Shown piece by piece: positions 10,881 through 23,744 of a DNA stretch of 64,000 nt (the first letter of the stretch is position 1; every line of letters starts with the position of its first letter). This DNA comes from Mobula hypostoma. Lineage: Eukaryota. The notes beneath the pieces were generated by a model, which saw only the letters and a list, made by a program, of their open reading frames with translations, had not been told where the DNA came from and ran no database searches. The DNA is taken from assembly GCF_963921235.1 (NCBI RefSeq), contig NC_086097.1, positions 14,632,001 to 14,696,000 on the forward strand, read 5' to 3'. The translations under genes were made by a program, and so were the position numbers.

Positions 10881-11946
10881 GGCCGTGTAAGTGGGATTCA
10901 GCGGGATTTCGGTAACACACTCACACTAGTCGGGCGAGTTTCTCTGCAATCAACCATAAACAAATTTCCCCGGGAAACAATGTGAGAATTGTTTAGAAAT
11001 ATCCATCTATCAATGACATTTCGCCACGGAAACCCACAAAGGTATTTTTAACGCTAATATATATCCACTAAGAAAAATCTTCCTGATTGGGGTTTGCACT
11101 GTGATTTCATTCAGCCCCCCGCTGACACAGTATCTAATCTCTCGTTTCCAAATACATTCCAACCACAAACGTATAAAAACTTGGAAAGTTTAAGCAGCTT
11201 TAAACTTGATCGCTGCGTTTGAACTTCCATCGCCACCGCAACAAGACGGGTTCAGCAAAAGATGCGACTCCGAAACTCGCCTGAAACAAAAATGTAAGAG
11301 ATTGATTGGTGGGCGAGGGGGGGGGTCCTTTTGGCTGTTAAAACCTGCCTGGGGCAAGGACACCGGGGGAGTTGAGGGGGGAAGGTTTGATATCACTCCA
11401 CGAGGAGTAACAAATGCAATGCAGCAACTAGCGAGTGGCCGCTGCCCATACTCGCTCTACGAAACTTCCTGCGACACTAGTGCGAAAAAGTGAAGAAAGC
11501 CGTCACCTTGATGAAGCGAGAGGCCCCTACACTATCCGTGGCAACATTGCAGTTGACTCGAGAGATAGGGGGAAGTTTGGAGATTTTAAAAAAATGGTGG
11601 ACGCACACTGGATTTCTTCGTTAGTTTGCGGAACCCTTTCTGATTTAGAGTGTATTGACTTTTATTATGGGTTTTACTGGAAAAGGAACGGGTCCGTGGG
11701 TACGGGAGCAATTACAGCACTTGATGCCGAATCGAGAAGCCCCAAATCCAAAATAGGAATTGGGGAAATTGACTGGAATTGGTTTCTGCTATACTAATCA
11801 ATGAACTGCCACCCCCCCCCCCGGAAGGAAGGGAGGGTTTAACAGCAGAATGGCGTTCCTCACCTTGTCCAGATTATTTTCTGTGGCGTCCAATCTCGTT
11901 GTGTGATTGATTTGGGGATTTTGGGGATTCTGTATACCGGCAAACA

Positions 11947-11949
<3 letters not shown>

Positions 11950-11983
<34 letters not shown>
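11950..11983. repeat. (CA)n microsatellite
   Basis: Seen directly. Confidence 0.95.
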
Positions 11984-11985
<2 letters not shown>

Positions 11986-14900
11986 CTCATGTTGTGAGGT
12001 ATTCATACAGAGACAATAGACACAGGCGAACCGACGCAGTGAAAAATAGCTACACGCTACAACAACATTGTGACCAACGTTCTAACTAAATGCAATTAGC
12101 TGTCTTCTTCTGGGAAACTAAATGGGGGGGGGGCTTTGGCTTGCAAATGCTCATCTTAATACGTTCATTCACTTCGCTACGAGGCAGTGCAACATTCTCC
12201 GTTCAAACCCAGCACTGCACATTTGCCAATTTATTAGAGGAATAATCGTTTTAAATGTTTATTTTTCGCAGACACGGTTCGCATCAGTTTGTATTCTATG
12301 ATTTCGAGAACTTGCTCAGGGCATTTTTTTGGAGGGCGGGATTACGTGAGGGCAATGTGGCTATTTTGTAAACTTCATCCGTTTTTTTAAAAAGTTCCCA
12401 AAGCAGAGTATATTGGCAGTAAAAAGATAATTACGTAAAAACAATGGCTCCCTAAATCAGAGTATGCACCATCAAAATAGACCAAAGACCTGAAGTGAAG
12501 TTTCAAACAATTTGCCAGGAAGGAATTGTCTCTCTCAGTGAAGGGCTACTTCTAATTTCCATTCTGTTTTGCGCGTGTTTTGTGAGTGAGTGTGCATTGA
12601 TTTGAAAGTGCGAGTCGAAGGCTGCTGATTCCACGAGAACGAGCTTGTCTCCTCGCCATATGGGTCGTGGAGTTTCAGATGGTTTGATAACTAATAACAA
12701 AAAGGGTAACCTCGTCCCAACCGACAGACACCCTCCCCTCCAAAAAAAACACATATCCTGAAGTATATATTTAATTAGAATGACAGAAACCTTTTGCAAA
12801 CCTTTGAGAGGGACTTCATTTTCTACGCTCTATCCTGGTCTCAGGTGCCCAGGTTCTGTGGTGCAATGTGGCAAGGCTGTAGCTTAATACAAAAACCATT
12901 CTCCGTTTAAATCGGTGAATTTAGAACATAAATTAGAGGTCCCTCTCAGATTAAATGGGAACGGCTGCACTCTGGTAGCCGCTTCCTTGTTTAAAAATCT
13001 TTCCTTCCAACATAAACGAACACATAAACCAAGGCTCACGTGTCTGACATAAAGTCAGCCACTAAGGATAAATCTAAACAAAAAAGAAAATTCGTCTGGG
13101 GGATGCTCTCTTTTTTTCCAGCGTTTCGGCCCAGTTTCAGCAACAAAGAGAAATAAACGCCGGCAAGCGGCTCAGATCGTAAACAGTCACCCAGTCAATC
13201 ACAACCCATTGTAGACGCATCAACACAAGCTAATTTGCGGCGGCATTGAAGCTGATACCAGGAGCCCAATTTGATTGTCATGGGTAATGTTTTAAAGCTG
13301 TAAATACATTGAAGAAGTATTCATTCTGAAGTTTTGGCGCAATGCATTGGAATTTTCTCCTCCGCTTTCTACTTGGTTATTTTTGTAACAGTTTGGAAAT
13401 TTGTATTGGCACCAACACTCGCCACGCAGATTCACTCACTAAACACTGTTTACACACAGGCTGGTCTTTCCGATTCATCGTGGCTACCGTGATTGTGCCG
13501 TCAGGATTTCAAAAACTATAGGAATCGTTTTTTTAAAACCATTGACACATCGTTTCTGCTAATTCACGCTAACCTCAAGCGGGCTGAGTCATGTGAAGTT
13601 ACTGCTGGTTAGATCCTACATAACTGCGTGATAAAAGTACAACAGGCTCGGACAAACTTCTCATTGAATCGAGTGTTAATGCTTGTGCTGAGATTTTAAA
13701 AAAAAAATCCGATTAACAAAGTTTTTCCCGTTCACTCGCCGCCATCCTCTTCAATGAGAGGACTATATTGTTGAAGAAAATGTGAACCTGAAAGGGAAAG
13801 AAGCGAAGGAGAGAGAGACAGACAGAGAGGGAGACAGAGAGGACAGACAGACAGATAGAGAGAGACAGACCGACGGGGGGGGGGGGGTGCGGCGGGAGGA
13901 GTTGACAAGCGGACATCGTCCTATCCTGAAGGAGCGTGCATATCAATCAGCCTTGACAGTGGGCGGTATGAGAGCTTAGATCTGTGACACGAGAATGGAG
14001 TGAAGTGAGTTTGTTTACAGAACAAACTGTTCCAGGGGCTGGTCACCATTCGTCCCATCTGCATCGCACGCTTAGCGGGCTGAAAACTTGACTATTTACT
14101 CAATAACTAGCTTTCCCCTCTCTAGCCTCTTCCGTTTTCACTTTAAAAACCTTTCAGGCAGATTTCACTTTTTGAAAATAGCTTCCCGTTAATAGTTAAA
14201 TTACCGCAACCGCGTGTGTCGGTGACAGGAACCCCCGCGGAGACTAACCATCCTCTTGAGAACGATGTCACTCCAAGTGCAGCGCTTTCCCTTGGAAAAT
14301 TCTACTTCCTTGGAGGGATTACCTGGATTTGTCCTTCCCCGGGGGTCGCTCAGTTTCATCACACGCCAGGGGTGTTACCTGTGATTTTACACCGTGTTTG
14401 GACACTTACTTCGCCAAAACATTTACACACTAACGTCTCCAGCATCAACATTTTAAAACCAAAAGAAAGTTCTCTGAAACTCGGGGCAAAAGAGCCAATA
14501 AAGATATTTCAGGCCGTCCTCGACTGCAAAAAGGGTTCTCAGTGGACGCAGGGTGGAGCGACGCGTGGTGGCAAGAGCGATGCCTCCCAGATGAGAAAAT
14601 CGTTCTAACACTTGCGAATAACTCATCCGCCAGCCCCATGCATCACTATCGCTATTTATCCTGGTAAATCTCTACAACAGATAGACCATTAGAGAAATAA
14701 GCAGAAACCAAACAGCCTTCTCAATTCATTCTGCTATTCCAACGCAGCAGAAGAATAAAGCAATTATGATACCACCTCTGTAACAAATAAAATTACAACC
14801 TATTTTAAATGGGAAACCTTGTAATACCCTTCCGTCAGTCACATGTAGATGTAATTACATCATAAGGAGTTGGTAATATTATTCGAAGAGTCACATGAGC

Positions 14901-15396
14901 TCATTAATGTCCAACAGTACACACTGAAGCACACTGCCAGCCCTTAGCAACTCAGTTGACAGCACACCTACAATGTATATATTTTCTAAATAAATTAAAA
15001 GAAAAATCTTTAAAAGGCTGTAACCTGATCTCAGGCTTCCGAATCTGTTTACCAATTGCTCAGGTTTCATTGTAATGATTTATGATGTCATCCAAGCCCC
15101 TTAATTGGGTTACAGCCTGGTAACTCACCCCCAGGTACCTATTATTCTCTGTATAATTACAATATGTTTTGGTGCCGTTCTCTTGCAGTGTCCTTGTACA
15201 ATTAATAGGCCCTCATGCATTAAAACTATTGCTTCCCACTCAGAAGTTCTCTTCAGTTTACAGTAGCAGCAGCAGGTTATGTAGCAGGAGAGCAGTGCAG
15301 AAGAGAGAAAACCGTTTGAAGTATGAACAGGAAAATTACCTTAGGAGGCGATGATACAAAATGTTATTCTCCTCGTCTAGCCATTACCTCTTCCTT

Positions 15397-15421
15397 CAGA
15401 ATCAGAATCAGGTCTATTATT

Positions 15422-15473
<52 letters not shown>

Positions 15474-15745
15474 ACACACACACACACACACACACACAAA
15501 TACATATATAATTATAAAATTATATATATATACATATATATAATAATGTATACAAACGTTTGTATTTGTGTAGATTCTTATCTATTCTTTTATATATTAA
15601 ATGGAATATATATATAGTGCAAGAGAAGAGAGCAAAAAATAGTTTATGGGTTAATGGACCGTTCAAAAATCTGATGGTGGAAGGGAAGAAGCTGCTCCTA
15701 AAATGTTGAGCGTGTGCATCTTCAGGCTCCTGTACCTCCTCCTTG
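15397..15745 (-). mobile_element. Rex1/Babar-type LINE 3' end with embedded (CT)n(CA)n(TA)n
   Basis: cagaatcagaatcagg tail and ctgatgg..gggaagaagctg...ggctcctgtacctcctcc block shared with other copies in the window. Confidence 0.65.
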
Positions 15746-16571
15746 CCGACTTAACACCCACTAGGTTAAGTGCTATCAACCAACCACCATTATTCATTGG
15801 TTCACAGGGTGTGGACATTGTTGCAATGATAACTTATTGTCCAAGGCTAATTGTCCCTTGAGTCAAGGAAACTATTTCAGAGGGCAGCCATGACTCAGTC
15901 ACACTGTGGGTCTGGATACATAGCAAAATATAAATTTTTTTAAATCACCTGTATTGGGTGAGAACATGTAAAATGCTAAGGACATCATTTTCTGTAACCA
16001 AACAGCTTTGCTCTGAAGTGTCGTGATTTGTGGAGACGCAAGAGACTGCAGATGCTGGAATCTGGAGCAACACACGCTCTGCTGGGGGAGCTCAGCAGGT
16101 CAACAGCCTGTGTGTGTGGGGGGGGAGGGGGCAAGGGAACTGCCAATACCTTCCCAAAGGAACAATTCCTCTCCTCCCCCCCTCCCCCATAGAGGCTGGA
16201 ATTACCTGTACTGGATTCCTCTTCATTCCAATACAACCAGCTCACAGTGGAAGCTTTCCACAGTAGCAGCCAATGTCCCCAAGAAAAGCCACACCACCTT
16301 TGTCGGATGAGGAATAGGTTTAACTGCTGTCCTCTTCTTCCCTATTCTCCATTTGTCCTGTCTTCATATGGTTTGCTTGTAAATCACTCCAATTGACAGA
16401 CTGTTGCTTATATCATTGAACATGACCAACTCTACACTGTTGTCTGGTGAACCACTGACAAATACAAAAACATTTATTCTCACACAGAAATATAAACAGA
16501 ATTTGCCTCACAGCTACAACTACCCAGGTATGAGAAACCACACATCACTCAGTAACATACTATTATTTATT

Positions 16572-16775
16572 CGTGAACACAGCAGGCCAGGCAGCATCTC
16601 TAGGAAGAGGTACAGTCGACGTTTCAGGCCGAAACCCTTCGTCAGGACTGAAGGGTCTCGGCCCGAAACGTCGACTGTACCTCTTCCTAGAGATGCCGCC
16701 TGGCCTGCTGCGTTCACCAGCAACTTTGATGTGTGTTGCTTGAATTTCCAGCATCTGCAGAATTCCTGTTGTTTG
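16572..16775. mobile_element. Fold-back (palindromic) Penelope terminal-repeat insertion, young subfamily
   Basis: Inverted arms of about 68 bp around a centre at ~16641-16649; 12-bp TSD ctattatttatt at 16560-16571 and 16776-16787; sequence matches the 3' end of the Penelope at 46719. Confidence 0.85.
16613..16650 (-). ncRNA. Minimal type I hammerhead ribozyme motif (Penelope-associated)
   Basis: CAGTC CTGACGA A GGGT-TTCG-GCCT GAAA C GTC^ GACTG: 5-bp stem I, intact core, palindromic ACGT in place of stem III. Confidence 0.75.
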
Positions 16776-16830
16776 CTATTATTTATTACAAGTTTTGTAT
16801 GTGCCCTGATTGATATTTTGGACAAATATT

Positions 16831-17105
16831 GTTGGCAGCTCATCTTGGAGAAGGAAAACTCTAATCTCAAACCTCCACTGCCCTGCGGCTATACCCACTC
16901 ATGGGGAAAACTTCGAGAGTAAACCCTGAGGAAAAGTCTGGAGCTGGAATCTCTAAGGCAGTCCTACGTTGAGTTCAATGTTGACTGGCAACTCCTGCGA
17001 CGCCGCTGGTGCCAAGCTGTATCGGTCTCTGCCGTTCCATTGGATTCATCAGCTGCACGAGGAGGGGAAGCCTGCTGCATGGGCAATAGCTTGTTCTGTC
17101 CTGGT
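16831..17105 (+). mobile_element. RTE-5'UTR-like non-autonomous element, family A (partial)
   Basis: ggcagctcatcttggagaaggaaaactctaatctcaaacc motif; homologous to 24403-24988 and 33037-33598. Confidence 0.6.
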
Positions 17106-17984
17106 TTGAATATTCCATGCCGGATCTCTAAATAAATAAATAAATATCCTGGGTTTGAGAAACTTGTTATATAAATACAGCCTTTCCTTGTCAGAATAAG
17201 TGATGCAGGAGTTATGTATGGGACTATATTGAACCTCCTCTGATAACCATAGGGTATTTGGGGTTTCAGGATCTTACAGCCCAGAAGGACTCTAATATTG
17301 AATATCTTCCACTATTCCTTCAATAGATTGGGCACAATTATGTCTGTCATGATGAAGCTTTTGGTTTTTGTCCATTGCCCAGCACTGCAACGTAGTAAAC
17401 ATGGTTAAGGACAAACTCAGTTGTTATTTCTTAGTTTGATTGGACAGCCAGCCAGCAGTTGGTTCAGTAAATAACGTTTCGCCATTTTTCTTTCAATGAA
17501 GCATTGGAATTCTGTACAATATAACCCAGAGGAAGTTGCCATCTGGAGGAAATGTGTTTTCTTTAAAACAGAGAAATCTGTGAACATATTAGAATTCGTT
17601 GTCCTTTCTGACTTTGTGCTATGGCACATTACGGCAGTCCCTGACACTTCACGTTAAAGTGTTTGAGTCTTTGTGTCACAGCACCTGATTTCCTACTTGT
17701 GCCTGACCTGCTTTCTCTCATCAGCAAAGCAGCTTAGAATGTTCCATCATGGTAAGGGTTACCATGCAAATCCCAGTGCTTTGGTGTCTGTACGGTGGCT
17801 TTGTAAAGGCTGCTAAGGTAGAGACTGAAAAGGGCATCGGGAAAAAGATTGCCCAAGATGAAATCTCTCCTTGAGACCGTGTGTAAGGTAGAATGTGGTG
17901 CAGGGGTCAGTGTGGGAGGTCAAAAGGTTTGGGATGGGTTTCTGCTGCACAGGAAGAGAGAGGCAGATTTAGTGGTTCAAAACT

Positions 17985-18230
17985 AAGGTCTTTTGAGGAT
18001 AGGCTGAGCAAGCATTGGCGTGATGGAGGATGAGAAGTGACTTGATAGAGGTGTATAAGATGATAAGAGGTATAGATAGAGTGGACAGTCAGAGACATTT
18101 TTCCTAAGGTGTAAATGGAGGGGAACAATTTTAAGGTGAGAGTTAGAGATGTCAGAGGTATTTTTTTTTACACAGAGAGTGGTGGGTGTGTGGAACACAC
18201 TGCCAGGGGCGGTGGTGGAGGCAGATACAT
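17985..18230 (+). mobile_element. CR1/HER1-like LINE fragment
   Basis: ggaggatgagaagtgacttgatagaggtgtataagatgataagagg...cacagagagtggtgggtgtgtggaac encodes the CR1 ORF2 C-terminus (RxDLIEVYKM). Confidence 0.75.
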
Positions 18231-19059
18231 TGCCACGAAGAATGCCAGAGATGTAAATGATGGACTGATGTAAGTGTGGGCTTCAGGTTCATTAGGACAG
18301 CCTGTGTAGCGTAGTACAGTGGTTACGCTACAGAACTGGCGGTCAGAGCTCTGTAGACACACGAGTTCAAAAAACCCGTAATGGCAGCTGGGGAATTAAA
18401 CTTCAAACAATTAAATAAAGCTAGAATTAAAAAAAGAAGTTAATCTCACTAAGTATGGATTGCTGTAAAAATTCCAGCAGGTTTATTCTTATCCTTCAGA
18501 GAATGAATGAAGTCATCCTTTACTGGTCCGATGTGTGTGATTCCAGATGCAACTCTAGCCTCCTTCATTCTGGGGCAATCAGGGATAGGCAATATCTGGT
18601 GGGCGTTGCTCCTTTTATTTAAACAAACGGGGGAATGTGGGAAGAGGTAGCAAGGCTGCAGAGATGGAAGGAAGTGGAATGCACAGGGGGCTTAGGACTT
18701 TTGCAGCTCAGCTCAGGATCAGAAGGACAACCAGGTTACAAGTCAGTGATAAATGATAGGGATGACAAATAACCTGCTTTACATGTCTCCTCCCCACTTC
18801 CCCAGCTCACTGGAGACAGTACTTTTAACAAAAAAATACTGAGAGCTATTTTTAGTAAAACACGGTACTCAACGGCTCTGTAAAAGATTCTTCCTTCACA
18901 ACAGGGCTGCAACCTATTGAGGAGATCAATCCTTCGCGTCCCGTGATCTTCACATATAAAATGGTCTAGCAGTGACATCTGAAAAAGCTGTATTGGAAAT
19001 CTTTTTTTTCCTTATTTTTTTAATCCCTTGCAATATTACATTCCAATTTGCATAAACCC

Positions 19060-19885
19060 TTCAGAAGAGACTACAAAGGGCTGTAGACTCAGCCAGATTT
19101 GTCATGGGCAAAATCCTCCCCATTATCAAGGACATCTTCAAAAGGCGATGTCTCAGGAAAGCAGCATCCATCGTTATGGACCCTCACCAATCAAGGCGTG
19201 CCCTCTTCTCATTACTACCACCAGGGAGGAGGGACAGGAGCATGAAAAAGCACACTTGATGTTTCAGGAACAGCTTCTCCCCTCTGCCTTCAGATTTCTG
19301 AAAGGTCCATGAACCCAGGAAAACTACCTCATTATTCCTCTTTGCACTATTTAATTATATGTTTACGGTGACTTATTACTTACTTACTGCCTGTAATGCC
19401 TCTGGCATTTAAGGGCAGCAATGAAAGCCCTCCATCTCTAGCAGGGTTCAGGCCTTTCTTCATTATGTCAGTAGCTTCCTCTCGGTTTTCACCTCTGTCA
19501 GTCACGCAATTCCTGGGTGAAACTCAGGAATATCATCACACGCAGATGTAGAAGGATTCTTCATCGCCGTTTCCATAGCAATTTTCTTTTACCAATCAGC
19601 GTTGTTAGCCCTGAGCGGAACCCCCAAACCTGGAGGACTGGTGGACCACTCTTATTCAGGCCTCTACCCTTTGACCTTTTAGGCATGGGTGACCCCTACC
19701 AAGACAAAAGCATAAAGCTCTCACTCCAACTGACATAGCTCATTGAGACACACATGCCTCCAAACCTTGGCAAGGATGTGGTCCTCTTGGAGGACTCTTA
19801 GCAACTTTTAATTGTCGTGCACTAAACCGCTGCCACAAAGTAGAAAACTTATGTCAGTGCTAATAAACTTGATCTGAATTTGATA
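19060..19885 (+). mobile_element. Rex1/Babar LINE 3' fragment interrupted by an RTE-derived element
   Basis: gcagcatccatc...accctcacca...ttctcattactaccaccagggaggagg..caggaacagcttc block; 3' tail resumes at ~19798. Confidence 0.7.
19372..19797 (-). mobile_element. Bipartite RTE (Expander/Rex3-like)-derived non-autonomous element, family B
   Basis: Reverse complement of 57911-58330; RTE-type 5'UTR motif ggtaggggtcacccatgcc and a 3' tail ending (taag)n. Confidence 0.6.
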
Positions 19886-20644
19886 TTTTGCCAGGTAACT
19901 TTCAGAAGCTCCTCAGTTTGAGTGCTTGTCGTGAAAGACACTTGTCAGAGGATGCCATATCATGAAATCATCTCACTTGGATAGGGATGTGCAGAGAGTT
20001 TAGGTAGTTATGAATCCTACTATATTTGGCTGATTCCCTTAAGTTAAGAATGACCACAGGTGGACGAGTAGGGATAAGGAGGTGGGGGGAAGGGCGATTT
20101 CAAGTAAACTCAATGCCAAGGTTGGTTTTGAATAGTGATTTGATTCTAATAAGTTTACAACTGAACTTAAGGCAAGAGGACACATCTGGACATTCGATGA
20201 ACACAGGATCCAGTTTGAATAGAACTTAAACCCCCCCCCCCAACCCGACTTTACTGAATGATCTCAATAACACGCTAACTCTCACACCTATCTAGTCTTA
20301 GGCATGAAGCAAACAAAAGTGGCAGGGCCGGTGTAAACGACGGTCCAGTCTGACCAGGTTTAGAATTCCTCTCCTGCCAGTTCTGTCCCGTGAACACACA
20401 GTGAGACCTCGGCGTCTCCAGACTAGGGTGAATGGGACTGAACTGTTGGTTCGCAGCTCCCCCTCTTGGCCGATCTTTGCATTTTCACCAGACATCCAGC
20501 TCCTGGTCCCAACTTCCCTCTGCACGCCTTCTCCAACTCAGGCTCTCCCGGTCAAGTTAGCGTGCTTTCCGTAGCTGCCGAGCACTACCAGCTACCACCT
20601 GCATTTTTTTTTACAGTCTTTAAGAGAGGGATCTCTATAGTAAG

Positions 20645-20905
20645 ACGAGTGGACTTTACTCAAAAGGCAATGCCTCAGAAAGCCGGTATCCGTCATTAAG
20701 GACCCCCATCACCCAGGACATGCCTTCTTCTCATTGCTACCATCAAGGAGGAGGTACAGGTCTCTGAAGACACACACTCAGTGTTTCAGAAGCAGTTTCT
20801 TCCCCACCACCATCAGAATTTTGAATGGAAAATGAATCCATTTATATTACCTTGCTTTTTAAAAAAGTTTTACTCTCTTTGCACAACTTCTTGAATATAA
20901 TTTTA
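20645..20905 (+). mobile_element. Rex1/Babar LINE 3' fragment (host of the R4/Dong insertion)
   Basis: ggacccccatcacccaggacatgcc... block; tail resumes at ~22108 (gccagtgatatcaaacctgattctg). Confidence 0.65.
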
Positions 20906-22090
20906 TAAGAGTGAAACAGGTCCTAAAAATCCAGCTGAATGGGAAGAAAAAGATCAGAGCCATCAAAGCATTCACCCTACCAGTCATCAGATACCCAGCC
21001 ACAATAGTGTGCTGCCCAAGGAACGAACTGGAAGCCACTGACATCAAGATCTGGAAATACAAATAATACATGGAGGATTCTGCCCAAAGTTCAACGTTGA
21101 GCAACTGTAGAATAAAGAAGGATGGGGACTTGGAACTGTCAAGATCACAGTCCTGGAAGAAATGCAAAACACCATGAGTATGTCAGGAAGATGATCTGCT
21201 AGGAGAATACCTCAGACAGCAGTCAGGGGACATGGAAATGGAAGTGGGTGAAGCAGAGCCAGAGGACCAGAGGCCATGACAGGACAAGCCACTGCATAGG
21301 ATGTATCAACACCAGATGTCAGAGGTGGCTGACATGGGGAAGTCCTACCAATGACTGGAAATGGCAGGGCTGAGGGTCAGTACAGAGGGCTGTTCATGGC
21401 TGCACAAGGACAGGTGCTGAGCACAAGATCAATAGAAGCAGAGGTCTATCACACCAGACAAGACCCAAGATGCAGACTGTGCAAGGAATCCACTGAACCC
21501 ATCCAGCACACAATAACAGGGTGCAAGATGCAGGCAGGGACAGCAGACACTGAACAGCACAACCAAGTTGCAGAAACTGTGTGCAGGAACATCTGCACTG
21601 AGTATGGAATGGACTATCCCAATTCCAAATGGGAAACACCCGATAAGGTAGTGGACAATGACAGAGCTAAGACCCTGTGGCACTTCCAAATACAGACTGA
21701 TAGGCAGATACTGGCCAACCAACCAGACATAGTAATACTGGACAAGAAACAGAAGAAAGCGATAGTAAGAGATGTGGCAATCCCAAATGACAGTAACATC
21801 AGGAGGAAAGAATATGGAAGCTGGAGAAATACCAGGGCTTGAAAGAGCAGATAATAAGGTCGTGGAAGGTTAAAGGCAGAGTTATTCCAGTGGTGATAGG
21901 AAAACTTGGAGCTGTGACTGGGAGAGTGGCTCCAACAAGTCTTGGGAAAAACATCTGAGATCTTGGTCCAGAAGAGCGCACTGCTAAGAACAAGGAAACT
22001 GCACTGAACACTCAAGTTCTCAGACCTCTGGTAGAGGACCTGAGATTGAGGGAAAAAATACACAAACACACCACCCTTAACGGGTAAGAA
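20906..22090 (+). mobile_element. R4/Dong (Rex6-like) non-LTR retrotransposon, 5'-truncated and degenerate
   Basis: ORF 21351-21842 has a CCHC knuckle (CRLC..IQHTITGC) and a restriction-like endonuclease motif (HNQV..PDIV..D.AIP); stops and frameshifts flank it. Confidence 0.85.
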
Positions 22091-22474
22091 ATATATATAT
22101 ATATATATGCCAGTGATATCAAACCTGATTCTGTGAAACATGTCACTGGGCACTTAATTCTTTTGGATATAACAGGGCAACAAAACAGATGTACCGAACA
22201 ACCACATCAATAGTTTTGCTGTTAAAATGGGAGTGACCGTCTGAGTGAGGAAGTTTCCCCTCATGCTCCCTTTAAACAATTCACCTTTCACCCTTAACCA
22301 ATGAATGACCTCTGGTTGTCATCCCACCCAACCTCAGTTGAAAAAAAATGCCTGCTTGCATTTACTCTATCTATACCCTCATATGTGACAGTAATTAAGC
22401 CCCGATTATCAATTACCCATGATTCCTTCAGCATCTCAAAGTCTCAGATTTGAAAACAATCATTCAACATTTCA

Positions 22475-23078
22475 TCGTCGTGGCTACCCCTCGAGGTCGA
22501 GGATGATGGTCTTCGTTCTGTTGATCTACTTATGGGCTCTCAAGTGGCTTATGAGTCTACATTCAGGACAGGTAGTTCCAGGTGGCAGATCGGACTTTCG
22601 TTGTTGCTGCCTCTCTTTCCATTTTCTTCTCTTTTCTTCTAATTCTGCACATCTGTTGGCTTTGAAAGTTGCTGTTCCTTCTCGGATGATGGCTTGCCAG
22701 AGTTTCCTGTCCTTGGCATTGGTTTCCCAATTGTTGATGTCGATGTTACATTTCTTCATGTCGGCGTTTAAGACGTCTTTGAATCTCTTCTGTTGTCCGC
22801 CTCTTTTATGTTTGCCTTCTTTAAGCTGGGAGTAGAAGATTTGTTTTGGCAGACGTTCGTCTTTCATCCGAACAACATGACCGCTCCATCTTAGTTGGTT
22901 CTTGATGACGTAGGTTTCAATGCTTGTTGTTTTTATTTCATTTAGCACACTGACATTGGTTCTTCTATCTTCCCAGCTGATATTTAAAATCTTTCGAAGA
23001 CAGCGTCGATAGAACTTTTCAAGTGCCTTCAGATGTCATCGGTATGTTGTCCAGGTTTCTGATGCATACAGGAGCGTT
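22475..23078 (-). mobile_element. RTE-clade LINE 3' fragment
   Basis: ORF 22526-22948: QLRWSGHVVRMKDERLPKQIFYSQL..GGQQKRFKD..CPEC..LISH. Confidence 0.9.
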
Positions 23079-23744
23079 TAAGAATTCTAAAGGTTCACTG
23101 CCCCCTGAGTGAAGAAATTGCTCCCCCTCGGACACAGTAGCCGGTTTTTTGTTATTCTGAGGAGAATATTTGATTCCTGAGGCCCTTCCAGGGACACTAT
23201 CCTCCCAGCACCTATTTATGTCAACTCCCTCAGCCATAGATTACATCCTCATCTTAATCTAAAATTAGTTGTAGGATTCATGTTTGTATTCTACTTTCTG
23301 TTTGTATTGTATTTTGTGGTGCATTTATTATGGTAATTCATCACGCGGTTCGGGGTGTGGTAGAAGCAAATGAGTATTGTTGTGTATTCTCACTTTATCT
23401 TAGTTAGTTCAGTTTAGTCTAGCTGAGAGTTAGAGGCAACCGGGGAATGATACTTTTATGTTGACTGTTTAGTATCACTTATTACTTTAAATACATATAG
23501 AACGTTAATTCTGATATTGTTTAAGTACGCTAACTTCACTAATTGGAATGTCACTTAGTTTTTTTAGTTTTTATTGTTATAAGATGGTTCACCTTTGCTG
23601 GTTTCGCAATGAAGGAGTGAATGTAGCTATTTTTTTGATTTGGACACTTGCTATTTGGAATGCTGTCATACAGTGTCAATTACCCTGGCCTAGTCTCTCA
23701 GCGGTTTTGGCTTGTTTTCAAGTAACTGGCACATTAGTGGACAT

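Noticed and set aside
16572..16775. Pre-miRNA or DNA-transposon MITE interpretation of the palindromes
   Set aside because: Arms match the Penelope 3' repeat, are asymmetric in length, and have variable 12-14 bp TSDs rather than a fixed transposase TSD.
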